From Perkinsus chesapeaki ATCC PRA-425 (Eukaryota > Protista > Perkinsozoa), in contig JAAPAO010000322.1 of the NCBI GenBank assembly GCA_013115145.1, forward strand, positions 1 to 39,727: a DNA stretch of 39,727 nt, in the 5' to 3' direction. Below are positions 1 through 10,691 of this stretch, one piece after another. The notes beneath the pieces are model-generated. The model had not been told where the DNA came from. It saw only the letters and a list, made by a program, of their open reading frames with translations, and ran no database searches. How positions within the stretch are numbered: the first letter of the stretch is position 1; each line of letters begins with the position of its first letter. The translations under genes were made by a program, and so were the position numbers.

Positions 1-697
1 AATAGTTTGACACATTTTATAATTGGATAAAACTCACTAATAATTCTACTTGTGTTAACTCAATACTCAACATTGAGGTAAGACATAACATAGTGCCCAT
101 GCCAATCATTTCTTGCGAGTAAGCCAGTAATTGCCTTGCTTTTTAGCATTCTCAATATCGTCTGCGGTACCATACACATAGTATTAGAGTCTACAACGTG
201 CTGTGTATTCAATAGCTCCGTAGTGGAACAATTTTGCACAATTTATCATGTCGGCAATCGCTCAGATTCATACCCCCCCTGTCAAGAGCTCATGGTGAGC
301 GACTCACCCTAGCATATGATGCTTATTCGGTATGTAAGCAGCCAGGAGGGGGCTCCAGAAGCCACCCTTGACTGGAACAACTCTTCATCGTATGTGTGCT
401 GCGCAGTGGCGCACAATGTAGACAGCAATTCGATGCACCAATACAAGTTGCACGTACACATGGCAAACTTCGCAAACTCGGATCTCTCCAATTAGAGCCC
501 TGATTGCTACCAAACCTTCACCAGTTAATGTATAGCTATAAGGCACATCGGTCCATTCAAAAGGCAACCGATTTCATTGGCTCAGAGCGATTTTGCTTTT
601 TTTCATTTTGCCCTTATACGGCGAGCAGGTCGGCTCCTGCAACATGAAATTTTGGGTTTTGCGCCCTCGCCCAGGGGCCCCCGCCCCTGGCGCGCGG

Positions 698-716
698 CTC
701 TGCCGTGACGGCAGAG
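698..716. repeat. Perfect 9-bp inverted repeat with 1-nt centre (ctctgccgt-g-acggcagag) in a GC-rich patch upstream of the aspartic protease
   Basis: Read directly; preceded by a second GC-rich inverted repeat ccagggg...cccctgg (671-690). Confidence 0.8.
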
Positions 717-981
717 ATTTAAGCCTTTGGTAAAGCAGGTGCCCCAACACCAAGTCGAGGCTGAATTAGCCTTGGTAGGATGATTAAGAAATCCCCGTAG
801 ATGAAATTCGATTACAGTAGTGTACGAGTGTAGCTTTGGGATCTAGCTGGAGACTCCAGCCGAAAGATTAGCGTCCATGATGTCATGTTCATATTTAATT
901 ACACGTCTTTTATTAAGTTGTATTATCTCTCAGTTATCCCGGTATCCCTAGTAACGACCTATATAACCCTCAAACCTACCT

Positions 982-2076
982 ATGAACATCGCTCTCTTGC
1001 TACGTAGTCTATACTGCCTTATACTGGTGGTCCGTGGTCAGCTCTCTCTACTATTAGCGGACGGCAAGATTGGAATGAACATCGACGGGAATCCTCTCCA
1101 ACTGAACGTTGACACCGGGTCGCCGCATACGTTAGTTGTGTACAAAGATTGGTATGAAGATACGTATGGAAAGGGCGCCTGCAAGACACTTCCCTCTGGG
1201 TGCTATTCATGTCCTTCTAAGTGCGACCCTTACGCAAAGGAAGTGTTCGTTAGAAGCTTCAACGATGGTTCTGAGTATTCTACGGTATATCTCAAAGGCG
1301 CTTTATCAGTAAATGGAAAGATGGTTGGGGACATTGAGTTCGGCTTAGTTTTAAATTTCACTCGGGGCCCTATAAGCTCCGATCCATTCCCACATCCAAT
1401 GTTCGGTATTGGTTATGATTCTATACCTGGCCACTATACTGTACTTCATCAGCTTTATGCTAGGAAGCTCGTCCCGGAGTTCGCTTACCAGATTTGCTCT
1501 CCCACGCCACCTTTCGTATTCGCCGGACAACTGGTATTGGGAAGCTCACAAGGCGCATGCTCTATCCAACGGCCAATTACAATCCTACCAATGGTTATGT
1601 TACCGACTCTGTCGGCGCTGAGTTCTGCAATATTTTCTTATGGGTTGGTAAGCTCGAAAAAACATGATGCTTTTGTGCGCCCTCTTGATAATTTGTTCAT
1701 TCTCTTCGATACTGGGACTGAAAGCTTAGCATTCCCTCACTACATCTTCATGGACGTTAAAGAGAAGCTAATCAACTTTGCCTCACGAGACTCTGGACGC
1801 ACTGTGAATGCCAGAGTGGTGAATGGTCTATTATGTATTGGGTTTCCTGCCATCCAATACCTCCCAGCTTTAACCTTTTCATTGGGAGTAAAGGATAAAC
1901 CATTCGAGGTGAAAATACTTCCGAAAGATTATATTTCTAGGTGTGATGGCCAGTGGTGCATTTTGAGGATCCTGTACGTAGGTAAACACATCATTCTTGG
2001 TAGACCCTTTTTCTCATCCTACTTCCTGGGCGCTGACCTCGAGAATGCCAAGTTGAAGATTGCAAACTACCAATGA
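982..2076 (+). CDS. Secreted pepsin-like aspartic protease (peptidase A1), single exon, 364 aa
   Basis: Hydrophobic N-terminus (MNIALLLRSLYCLILVVRG); both catalytic motifs VDTGS and FDTGT; C-terminal ILGRPFFSSYFLGAD matching the A1 ILGxxFxxxYxxxFD signature. Confidence 0.92.
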   Translation: MNIALLLRSLYCLILVVRGQLSLLLADGKIGMNIDGNPLQLNVDTGSPHTLVVYKDWYEDTYGKGACKTLPSGCYSCPSKCDPYAKEVFVRSFNDGSEYSTVYLKGALSVNGKMVGDIEFGLVLNFTRGPISSDPFPHPMFGIGYDSIPGHYTVLHQLYARKLVPEFAYQICSPTPPFVFAGQLVLGSSQGACSIQRPITILPMVMLPTLSALSSAIFSYGLVSSKKHDAFVRPLDNLFILFDTGTESLAFPHYIFMDVKEKLINFASRDSGRTVNARVVNGLLCIGFPAIQYLPALTFSLGVKDKPFEVKILPKDYISRCDGQWCILRILYVGKHIILGRPFFSSYFLGADLENAKLKIANYQ

Positions 2077-2564
2077 TATAATTTCTCTCATCCAGTATCG
2101 TCATGTCAGACTGACAGCGTCAGTTGAAGAGCCAGATAAAAGCTGATCGAATCACTTGTTGAAGAAAGTGTCTTAGTCAGATCCGACTCTATTGTCATCT
2201 GTTGTGTTGGAATAATCGTAAGTTATTCGTAACTTGTGGAGCGACAAGCTAACGCGCCGTATAGCAGTGCTACTGTATAATAACACCCGGTGCTACAAAC
2301 ATCGGATCATTGTGGAGTACGAGAAATCTTCATAAATAACGAATATGGGCTGGAGACCGGCAAATCGGATCCGCAGGTTCAATAATAGGCCCAATTATTA
2401 ATTAATTCCTAATAGACTCCATCACAACAACCAGCCGGGAATGAATTGCAAATGATAGTCTGTGATAGATATGGACTGGAGCCGAGTGCAACGGAATCAA
2501 GTCGGTTCTGTTGCTCTGTGAACCGTACAGAGCCTTGATGTCGAGGAAGACCTTATGGACCAGC

Positions 2565-2601
2565 AATGTGACGGTCACATTGTGACGGTCACGTTGTGAC
2601 C
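2565..2601. repeat. About 2.5 tandem copies of a 14-bp palindromic unit (tgtgac-g-gtcacat)
   Basis: aatgtgacggtcacattgtgacggtcacgttgtgacc; each full unit contains GTGAC-g-GTCAC. Confidence 0.8.
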
Positions 2602-2870
2602 TGCAGGCGGTACGTGAAGGGACATGTCAAGAATGTCGAGAAATGCGACGCTTCTGTGAGACCCACCCCCCATTGAAACCCGTAAACCTTAAAACTGTTC
2701 GAGGTGGGCAGATAAGGATGATCCGCAAAGCGCCTAGCGGTAGAACTCCACGAGGGGAAAATCTGGCGCCTAACCGACGGCACTTCATGCGCCAGAGCGG
2801 TCCCACCAGGCGCACCCTGAGCACTAGATCTTCCACTAGTCAACCGAGAAGGTGCAGTCGTCAATAGGAT

Positions 2871-2889
2871 CGACGCCCGACGGGCGTCG
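2871..2889. repeat. Perfect 9-bp inverted repeat with 1-nt centre (cgacgcccg-a-cgggcgtcg), followed by ccGTGACgg
   Basis: Read directly. Confidence 0.8.
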
Positions 2890-3582
2890 CCCGTGACGGC
2901 GCCTCTAACTGAACACAACTCCAACAAACCATGGAAGTCCAACTCTGAGCGAGGTTCATGCCCCTTATGTTAATACAGGTTGCGTCAGAAGTCAACTATC
3001 TTAACTGTCATATTCGTACGTTATTAGTGGTGTTAGTTCGGTTTAACCTGTCACTATTACTAGATGAAATGGCCACCATGACCGGTTATACCGTGTATTG
3101 CGCCAATGACTGCGTGTCACATACTCTATGTGCCTTCTCGGCGGAGTTATCGTTCGGTAACCGTTAACTTCACTTCGTGACATAACGAAACAACAACCAG
3201 CGTGAGAATTGACAGACCCAGAAATCCGCCCCATTAAGAGCGGTGATGTCAGAATTGATTATTATGTGCAAGCAGTAGCAGCATTTCACTCAAGCAATAT
3301 ACGGTTCAGCTCATATTGGCACTACTATAAATAAAAACAATATTCATTTTTTCATCTACCAATGTGGACTTTGGGGAGGATTCAAACAAGGACAGTCTCA
3401 TCAGTAGACTCGGCATCATGGAAAGTGTGATGAGAACCTGAAAAGATACCATCCATACACGAATGCAAGAAGGCCTCTAAGAACTAATTAGTTTACACTG
3501 GATTTCAGGCAGGAAAACCACCGCAACACTAGTGAACTCGAACTCTGATGAGCTGTACTATTCTCTTGAGAGGTGTTACTTA

Positions 3583-6500
3583 TTATACCAGTGAAAACAA
3601 CAGCAAAACGACGGGTATTGCACTTGCGACAAGTGAGCCCAACTCACTGATCTCAGGGCCGCGATAAACCATATGAGCGGACTCGAGCGATGACTGATAA
3701 AACGGTGCAGTGTTGTTGTTACTAGGGGGTCGAATGATAGGGTAAGATACGTCTAAGGATATGCCACAGTCTCGCTCGCCGCGGACGATCTGAAAACGCA
3801 GCTTGTACTTTTGAAGCACCAAATGTTGCCCACTTTAAAGTAACCATCATCACCCCAGTTCGTGCTCCAACTGTTACGCAGAAGCCAGTAGTCGAGACCA
3901 GAATCGGGATCAGTACCGTAGCCAACCAGGTTGACCTAAGACCACTGAGGGACAGCCGACACAATCTGGACATACCGCATGATCGGTGTCCTGTACACCT
4001 TTGCATTGCGGATCGTTGATAACACCGCTGCGATAAAACGTGGTCTGACAGAAGGAGACAGATGAACACAAATCACACTATTATGTTTGGCGTACTTGGT
4101 CAGTGACGAGAAATGAAATTGCAAGGAGTCCGTTGTTAACGAGGGCTCTCTTGATGGTGTCCTCATCGGCGTTAGCTGGGAGCTGCACCCATCCATCTAT
4201 TTGGATGCCAGTCATCGTCCTGATGTGCCTGAGTTAGGGCGGATCACCGTGCAAGGGAGCAATAGACTTAGGCGAGAACAGTACGAGAGAGCGCCGTTGT
4301 TTGAATCAATAAGATAATTCTACATATTAAAACGACACCACTGCCTTGAAAGACTTGCGATATCGTGAAGTAAGGCCGGATATAAGACACCACTAGTGCA
4401 ACTAAATAGTATCCTTTTCCTATATAGATCTATCTTACTTGCAGTACGAGGAAGCCGACAGGTACTTCCCATATTGGGAGTCCAGAGGCACGAAGCCATG
4501 GAAGCTCTCCAGCAGCGTCGCTCCGGTGAGCTCAGCGTTGCCTCCTAGACAGGCACCATTGACTTCGTTCCAAGTGCCTAAAAGCTACTCTGGTCGCTAC
4601 GGGACATCACAGAACTCACAGTCGAGAAGGAACTGCTCGGCGAGTTTTTCTCCAGCTCCGTTAACGATCTTGTGGCGGGACTCTATAGCGCCAACGGTTG
4701 CGAAGGCCCAACAGCTGCCACAGGTGCCTTGGTCCTGAGCAGGCCGCAGGTTCGATCCCCGGGAGGGGCATTTTAGTTACCTTCACCGGAGGACTCGCGT
4801 CGTGTTCTCTCCAATCCCACCTATGTGATGCTGTGCTGAGTATCTCGACCGACCCTCCTCACTCACCTGTCTGGTATAGGTACGTCTGCGGGCAAGAGAT
4901 TCCACTGGGAATCGTGACTGTGGGGCCTCGGCCCATTACGAGATAAATGACCTAAGAGAAGGCAAATCAAGTAGACGGACGTTGAACGAAGCATCTCGGG
5001 AATGGGTTCCTCCGGAACTGTTCCTGGTCCGGGAATCCTGGACGATCAGCAGGGGTTCCGTCTATAATGGGAAACTTGATATATCGATGGATAGATGTGA
5101 TGTGATTATATGAGTTTCGCACATGAAAATAAATTCCTAGTGCAAAGATACAAAATGAAGCTTAATAGGAAAGAAAAGATATTCTTCTAGGTACACCATT
5201 CGGGCATGCTTTCTGTTCCTTCACAAACCCTAGACTTCTTCCGTGGGTAAATTTCATCGACGATTCTCAGTTTAAGATCGATGAGACTTTTCTATTGAAT
5301 GATTCGTATATTTTCAATATTTTTTCATGAAACCAGATAACAGGAACTTCCCCTCACCCTTAGGAGGCTGCTTGAAACCGTCGGCAAAGCCGTTGAGTTC
5401 AAGCCGAACTCCGTGGTTCCCATTATTGATCTTGTTAACGAATTCAAGGTTCTCATTGAACCGGGACTCGTACTTTCCAGAATCTGACCAACCAATTTCA
5501 TGGCGCGCGACATGTTAAACTCACCTCCATTAGAGTAGGATCGCCGATTTACCATTTTGAAAGTGTTGAAATCTCCTACGTTTCCCGAGGCCGATCGCCC
5601 AGCCGAAGCGAACCGACTAAAGAGGTCTCCGGCACCCGCACTTCGAGGTCTAGGACCGGGCTCGGGAACGGCAAAAGTCTAAGCAGGCTGATTATCCAAC
5701 ACTGTGATTCTACTGCCCACCTTTCTATGGGCGGCACGGGCGCCGTTGCATTGCTGCGGGGGGGCGAACCTGCGCCGTGTGAACAAGTGACATCGATTCG
5801 ACCGTGTTACTTTTCATCTCCATTGTCAACTAGCTCGTTGATGGCATGATAGTTAACGACGTAATCGTCAAGGTGAGCGCTGATGATCTCATTTCGGGCG
5901 TGCATCGACCACTGCACTGGCCGCTTGAGCATCGGGTCGAAGTAGAAATCCTCGTATTCGCCCGGCCGTCCGACATTCTTCCTCCAATGCTCGCACTGGA
6001 GACCACGTACCTGATATTGAGGAATGGACATATCTGCTTGAATCCCGCTAAGAGATATACCAAATAAGTTATCCAGTTACAAAGTTCGGCGCGGAAGAAT
6101 TTCCTCCGTATTTCTTTCAGAAACTTTGCCGATTGACTCGCGGGCGACAGGCAAATCCTCAACGCTCGTTTCCGAGCCGATGAGCACATGAGCATCAACA
6201 GCGCTAGAACGAAGGGAGGCCTTCTTCGGGCGGAGGCTTACATTCCTGAGGCCCACGAAATAGAAGCCTTCCATATCGGGAAATATGTTGATCATCGACG
6301 GAGCCTCGCCTCGCTCAGCGGCGTCCAGGCAGATGCGCTCTGTTCCGTTATAAACGAAATGGTAGCTAATCAAAAAGTGACACCAGGTTTTCTATGAAGG
6401 GCTTTACAGCTCCTCGGTGGCCATGTTCACAAAGTGCTGTTCGAGACCGTCGTAGTAGCTGACCCTCTGCAAGCCAGAATTCATGTACTGGCGAACCTGG

Positions 6501-6735
6501 GCTTTAATGTGGGAGGCAAGATACTTCGAAGCTTACACTCATTTGGATACTGAGGTCTATATAGGGAAGCTTCATAACGAAGGAGGCGGCAAAGGACTCG
6601 GGGAATGTAGGGGGCTACCATCAACATCAACATCGTGGAGAATACGGTATGACGGGAAGTTACTGTGGGATTGTAATTGAGCTGGATATCTGCCGTGGCT
6701 GCGCCGAGGAGGGATAGAAGAGAAAAGCGTGCCAT
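3583..6735 (-). CDS. Papain-family (C1A) cysteine protease of the CfaD / insect 26-29 kDa proteinase type: signal peptide, N-terminal extension domain, I29 prodomain, catalytic domain, C-terminal hydrophobic tail; many short introns
   Basis: Spliced translation: [15 protein letters not shown]; QRVSYYDGL and [24 protein letters not shown] (26/29-kDa-type N-domain); [28 protein letters not shown] (I29); WDWREH..PPVK|[11 protein letters not shown] (catalytic Cys ~4715); DHA|VNLVGYG (His); [19 protein letters not shown] (Asn); [10 protein letters not shown]; GT-AG phases consistent across the catalytic exons. Confidence 0.93.
4741..4774 (+). pseudogene. 3' half of a tRNA (variable loop, T arm, acceptor 3' strand, discriminator, TTTT), antisense within the 46-nt intron 4735-4780 of the cysteine protease
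   Basis: AGGCC-GCAGG-TTCGATC-CCCGG-GAGGGGC-A-TTTT; same spacing as the 3' half of the intact tRNA-Ala at 9042; T stem has 2 mismatches. Confidence 0.6.
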
Positions 6736-6924
6736 TAGAGGAGATAAATGAAGGGTTATAATGAACCTAAGTTCACATTGAAACGGACCGTTCGTTTTGG
6801 GTCATTCACATCAACCATCCACAGTAGGTTCATTCCAGATTATGAAGATTCTTCCTTCGGAAACATTTAAACTAACAAGTGGACGGGGATGCCCACTTAA
6901 ATGATTTTAATCACACAAATCGTC

Positions 6925-7455
6925 TCAGTTCTCATTACTGCAAACGTAACATGTCTCACTTGAATACAAAATAACAATGCGAGCAGGCGTGAAACGGTCC
7001 AAAAACTCCAACGGAAAAACGGCAGACAGGAGATCTCCGGGAAACAAGCGAAGAGTGACCGGAGCAAGAAAAGGGGTTCTTCGCTCTACGCGCTGTGAAA
7101 TATCAAAGGGGAGTGCTATAACTAAAGCCCGAATCAATCTACTAAATCGATCGACCGTTTCATGACTGACGTATGCGCTGAAGGTTGAAGAGCGCAACAA
7201 AGAATGATAAAAGATACCACAACTTCATTGAGAGCATGCTGCGAATACAGTTATTTAGTCACCGCGCCACTGCCATGTCGATGCGTAACGCTGGTAGTCG
7301 TCGGCGATTTAGTGTCTTGTCGGTTGCCGATCACAGCGTCCAGGGCTTCGTGGAGGATCTGAGGAGACTAGTGTGCCTTACCAGCTGCTTGAAGAGTACA
7401 TCTTCCGGCAGGAGAAGATTCTTCAGTTGGTCTGATACGTCCTCCTCCTCGACCT
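6925..7455 (-). CDS. Putative exons of an unidentified protein (a separate gene, or a 3' extension of the TMEM184 gene)
   Basis: Protein-like segments with AG/GT flanks: VEEEDVSDQLKNLLLPEDVLFKQL|ILHEALDAVIG; ORF ETVDRFSRLIRALVIALPFDISQRVERR; no family recognised. Confidence 0.3.
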
Positions 7456-7797
7456 GAGATTAACACGTTCTACTCCACAGAAGGACCCTACATCCTTCAG
7501 TTCCACTACTTTCACCGCGCAAATAGGCAACACTGCCGGAGAGATAACCAGTACAAGTTACAAGGGTGTCACCGCGTCGTTATCACGAATGAAAAGCTAC
7601 GATTGCCAACCTGCACCTTACCCCACACTAGCAGATTGCATTTGCGGAAAGGATGAACTCATGCTCCTAATCGATTCCTATCTAAGGTAGTCCGCTTAGA
7701 TGTTACCAAATTGTGAGCGTATCGCTACAATGCTAGAGTTTGGCAGCCAGACTGTAGATATAACGAACATGCCGCGATGCTCCTAGATCTACCGTTA

Positions 7798-9820
7798 CTA
7801 TTGGGTGCCAATGTTCCATAATGCTAAGAACGCATAATGAGTTACGTATCCTGCTGTGCGTACTTCTGACAAGCGCTCGGTGTCGCTGGTACCGGAGTCC
7901 TTGCTGAGTCCGATGATCCAACTGCTGCCTACTGGGTAGGCTGTTACGAAAAAGCAGGAGAGAAGGCACTGAACTTGAAATTATGGAAATGGTGCCATAA
8001 TTGGCATACCAGTTCAATGCATTCAAGAAGGCTCTCGTAGACCAACACCGTTGTGTACGTGCCACCGGATGCATTGAACGATCGACCGAACAGAAACCAA
8101 ACGGTTACCACGGAGGAATACTGAAACCTGCCAACAACCACACTCCGGAATTTCGGTCACGCGCAGCACCAAGGTAAGAGAACCACGAGCTTGATGAGAG
8201 TGAACTTCGACAGCGGCCTGTACGGCTCCAGTAGGTCTTGCAGCGCCCAGTAGAATGCTGCTAATCCATACCTACACTGTTATACGGTCTAATAACGGCG
8301 AAGTGTTGTAGTTACATAGCGATACTTAAGGATGTGTTAACTATGGAGAACAACCAAGTGAACGGGGCTGATGGGCTCAGGTCTCCCTCACGATAAAGGC
8401 CGTGGATGGAGCAGAGCAACGCAATTGCGGCGCACAATGGCTTGAGGAAAACCTGACGGAACTTCATATTCTTATCAGTTTCGACACCCACGAATTGAAG
8501 CACAGTTGTGCGCACCGCCGTCAGGAACCTCATGTCAAGCTGAGGTGGCGGCAGACACCACTTGAGCGGCGGAGGGTAGTCTCGCCGAATGGGGACGGCC
8601 TCCATGTGCTGGACCTACGAGAGGTACCGAGGATCTAGACTGTGCAGCTGAATTGACGGTAGGATGTAATCTACGAAACCGTCTCAAATACCCGCGATTG
8701 TGCAACTGAGAAGTGTGACGCTCATTTCGGCCTACTTGTTGCCACTACAATGCAAAATTCACACTTAGCGCCGCTGCACGCGTGCGCAGCAGCTAAGTCT
8801 GCTTCGTAAAACGGAAGGTGTATAGATAGTGCCCGGTGAATTGCGATTTTTCTCCCTCGCTGTGGACCTACGCATCTCCGATCTCCTCCTAAACATGACA
8901 CCATGAGGTTGAGGAAGCTGTAGAGGGCAAATGATACATAGATGTCCCGAATCTAGAAAGGATACATGGAGGAAACAGCATGGGCAGTCATCAAGTTGCG
9001 AAGATTCAAGGGCCGAATTATGGAAGCCGATTGAAACCATCGGGCGTGTGGTGTAGTGGTATCACGTCTGCTTTGCATGCAGAAGGCCCCGGGTTCAAAC
9101 CCCGGCACGTCCACTTTATGCACACTAGAGAATTAGTGAATTTACGCAGTCGTTGGCACATCCAAATGTGGAATTCACATTGTAAATACGAGCATTCGCT
9201 CTTTGCGACTCATCAAGTAAAGCGTGCACCATAGGGCATCTGACTTTATTCAATAACCAAGCTTGTACTCTGGTGGTATCTCCCCTTCTCACAGTTTCAC
9301 AGATATATCGCGTGAATGGCATCAACACCGTTATCATCGAACACACACTGGATACTGGTACTACAACCAGAATCCTAACAGAACAACAACACTCCTCAAA
9401 TGCTACTACTCAATAACCAACTCTGAGGTTGGCCATCAATGAGACTTTCATGGTTAATTGAGTTTCTTTTGCAGTTACGGTCACAGAAGAATTCGAACAA
9501 CATACTCAAAGGTTCCAGGATCAATTCGCTGAATGTCCAAGATTCTACGGTGTAGAGTTAGGAGATGGTGAACGGGAATAGAGGAGAGTGGTCAGCAGCT
9601 CGCACCTGCAGACCAATCCACGATACTGCTTGTCCCCAAACCTCTTGGCTGCCCGCCAATGCTTTATAACGTGAACACCAGATATTATACAAGTGAGAAA
9701 AGTGAAGGCGAAGGCGACCACCACAGGGTGTAGAAAAAGCGATGAGCCCGCTCTGCTGCGCAGGTCAGTTCTGATAGAAAAACCGACAATTGCAACCAAT
9801 TGGCGTAATCTCCTACTCAT
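7798..9820 (-). CDS. TMEM184: TMEM184 / organic solute transporter OST-alpha family membrane protein, multi-exon; 3' end tentative
   Basis: Spliced motifs: TCIISGVHVIKHW; RILVVVPVSSVCS; ICET|IRDIYVSFALYSFLNLMVSCLGG; WCLPP..RFL..VRTTVLQFV|FLKPL; LYREGD; YGLAAFYWALQDLLEPYRPLSKFTLIKLVV; LLECIEL. Confidence 0.87.
9042..9113 (+). tRNA. trnA-UGC: tRNA-Ala(TGC), 72 nt, no intron; antisense within a 340-nt intron (8953-9292) of the TMEM184 gene
   Basis: Acceptor GGGCGTG/CACGTCC; anticodon arm TCTGC-TT-TGC-AT-GCAGA; T arm CCGGG-TTCAAAC-CCCGG; discriminator A. Confidence 0.96.
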
Positions 9821-10691
9821 AGAACATCCGTGCAAAGAAACTTTCACAAAGAGAAGGCTTTACCGCTCCGACTGCCCGTAACACAACAAAGAGCCATTAA
9901 AAAAAGGATACTGTTAAAAACAGGTTATAGCTCCTCATCTCTGTCAGTGGCTGCAGAAACCCCGCCCGCGGCGGAAGTGGTGTTACGTCGAAGGTTCAGC
10001 CCAATATACTCCACCAACTCATCTGTTTTCCAATTGAAGACCCTGAGCGAGCAAAAATTAATCGCGCCCTTACAGCGGCTTCATACTCGAGATAGTCCAC
10101 CTCATCGCTGTCAACCTTAGTCAGGACCAAGACAGTGTGAACGAAATGACGGGGCTGAAAAAATAACAATAGTGGAGCGAGCTAAGATAACAGTGGCGCA
10201 TAAGATTTTACGCCTTCGAATACATTGCGGTCAATAACTCATATATCTCATAGATATTATTATTTAATATCTTTATAGTGCAAGATAACTGATCACCCAG
10301 CACATTGCAGAGTCACACTGACTGATCTACCGAGGCTCAGTAACCCCCCAGGGAGAGTAAAACTGCAGCTGCAAGGTGGGCTATGTGAAATATAAACGCG
10401 TATTTTCTTATTCACTGCGCTGTACGCATGCACAAGGACCTCTCTTCTATCACAACAACGCCCAGTGCGTAAGTATCAATCATTTCGGAGACCGAAGCCC
10501 CAGCGCCACGATATGGATGCACATTGCCAAACTTGGATTCTCTATTTCCCACTCATATCAAACATGAAAACGTATTAACGCTATTGGAAGAGACATTGGC
10601 ATTTTTGCTTGGACATTTGTCAAACTTGCACGGGAAAAGGTGTAGAATGGACGACCACTGTGCGATATTTCCCACGAGGCAGTTTGCTCAC

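Noticed and set aside
100-567. Minus-strand ORF fragments at the left edge
   Set aside because: Could not be spliced into a coherent or recognisable product
3915-3924. ACCGTAGCCA, matching the start of the Perkinsus/dinoflagellate spliced leader (a similar match occurs near 38945)
   Set aside because: Only 9-10 nt match, the TTGGCTCAAG half is absent, and both are simply the antisense of GYG codons in coding exons
5325-6400. Plus-strand ORFs and an rRNA-like GC-rich appearance
   Set aside because: Explained as the antisense shadow of the cysteine protease exons
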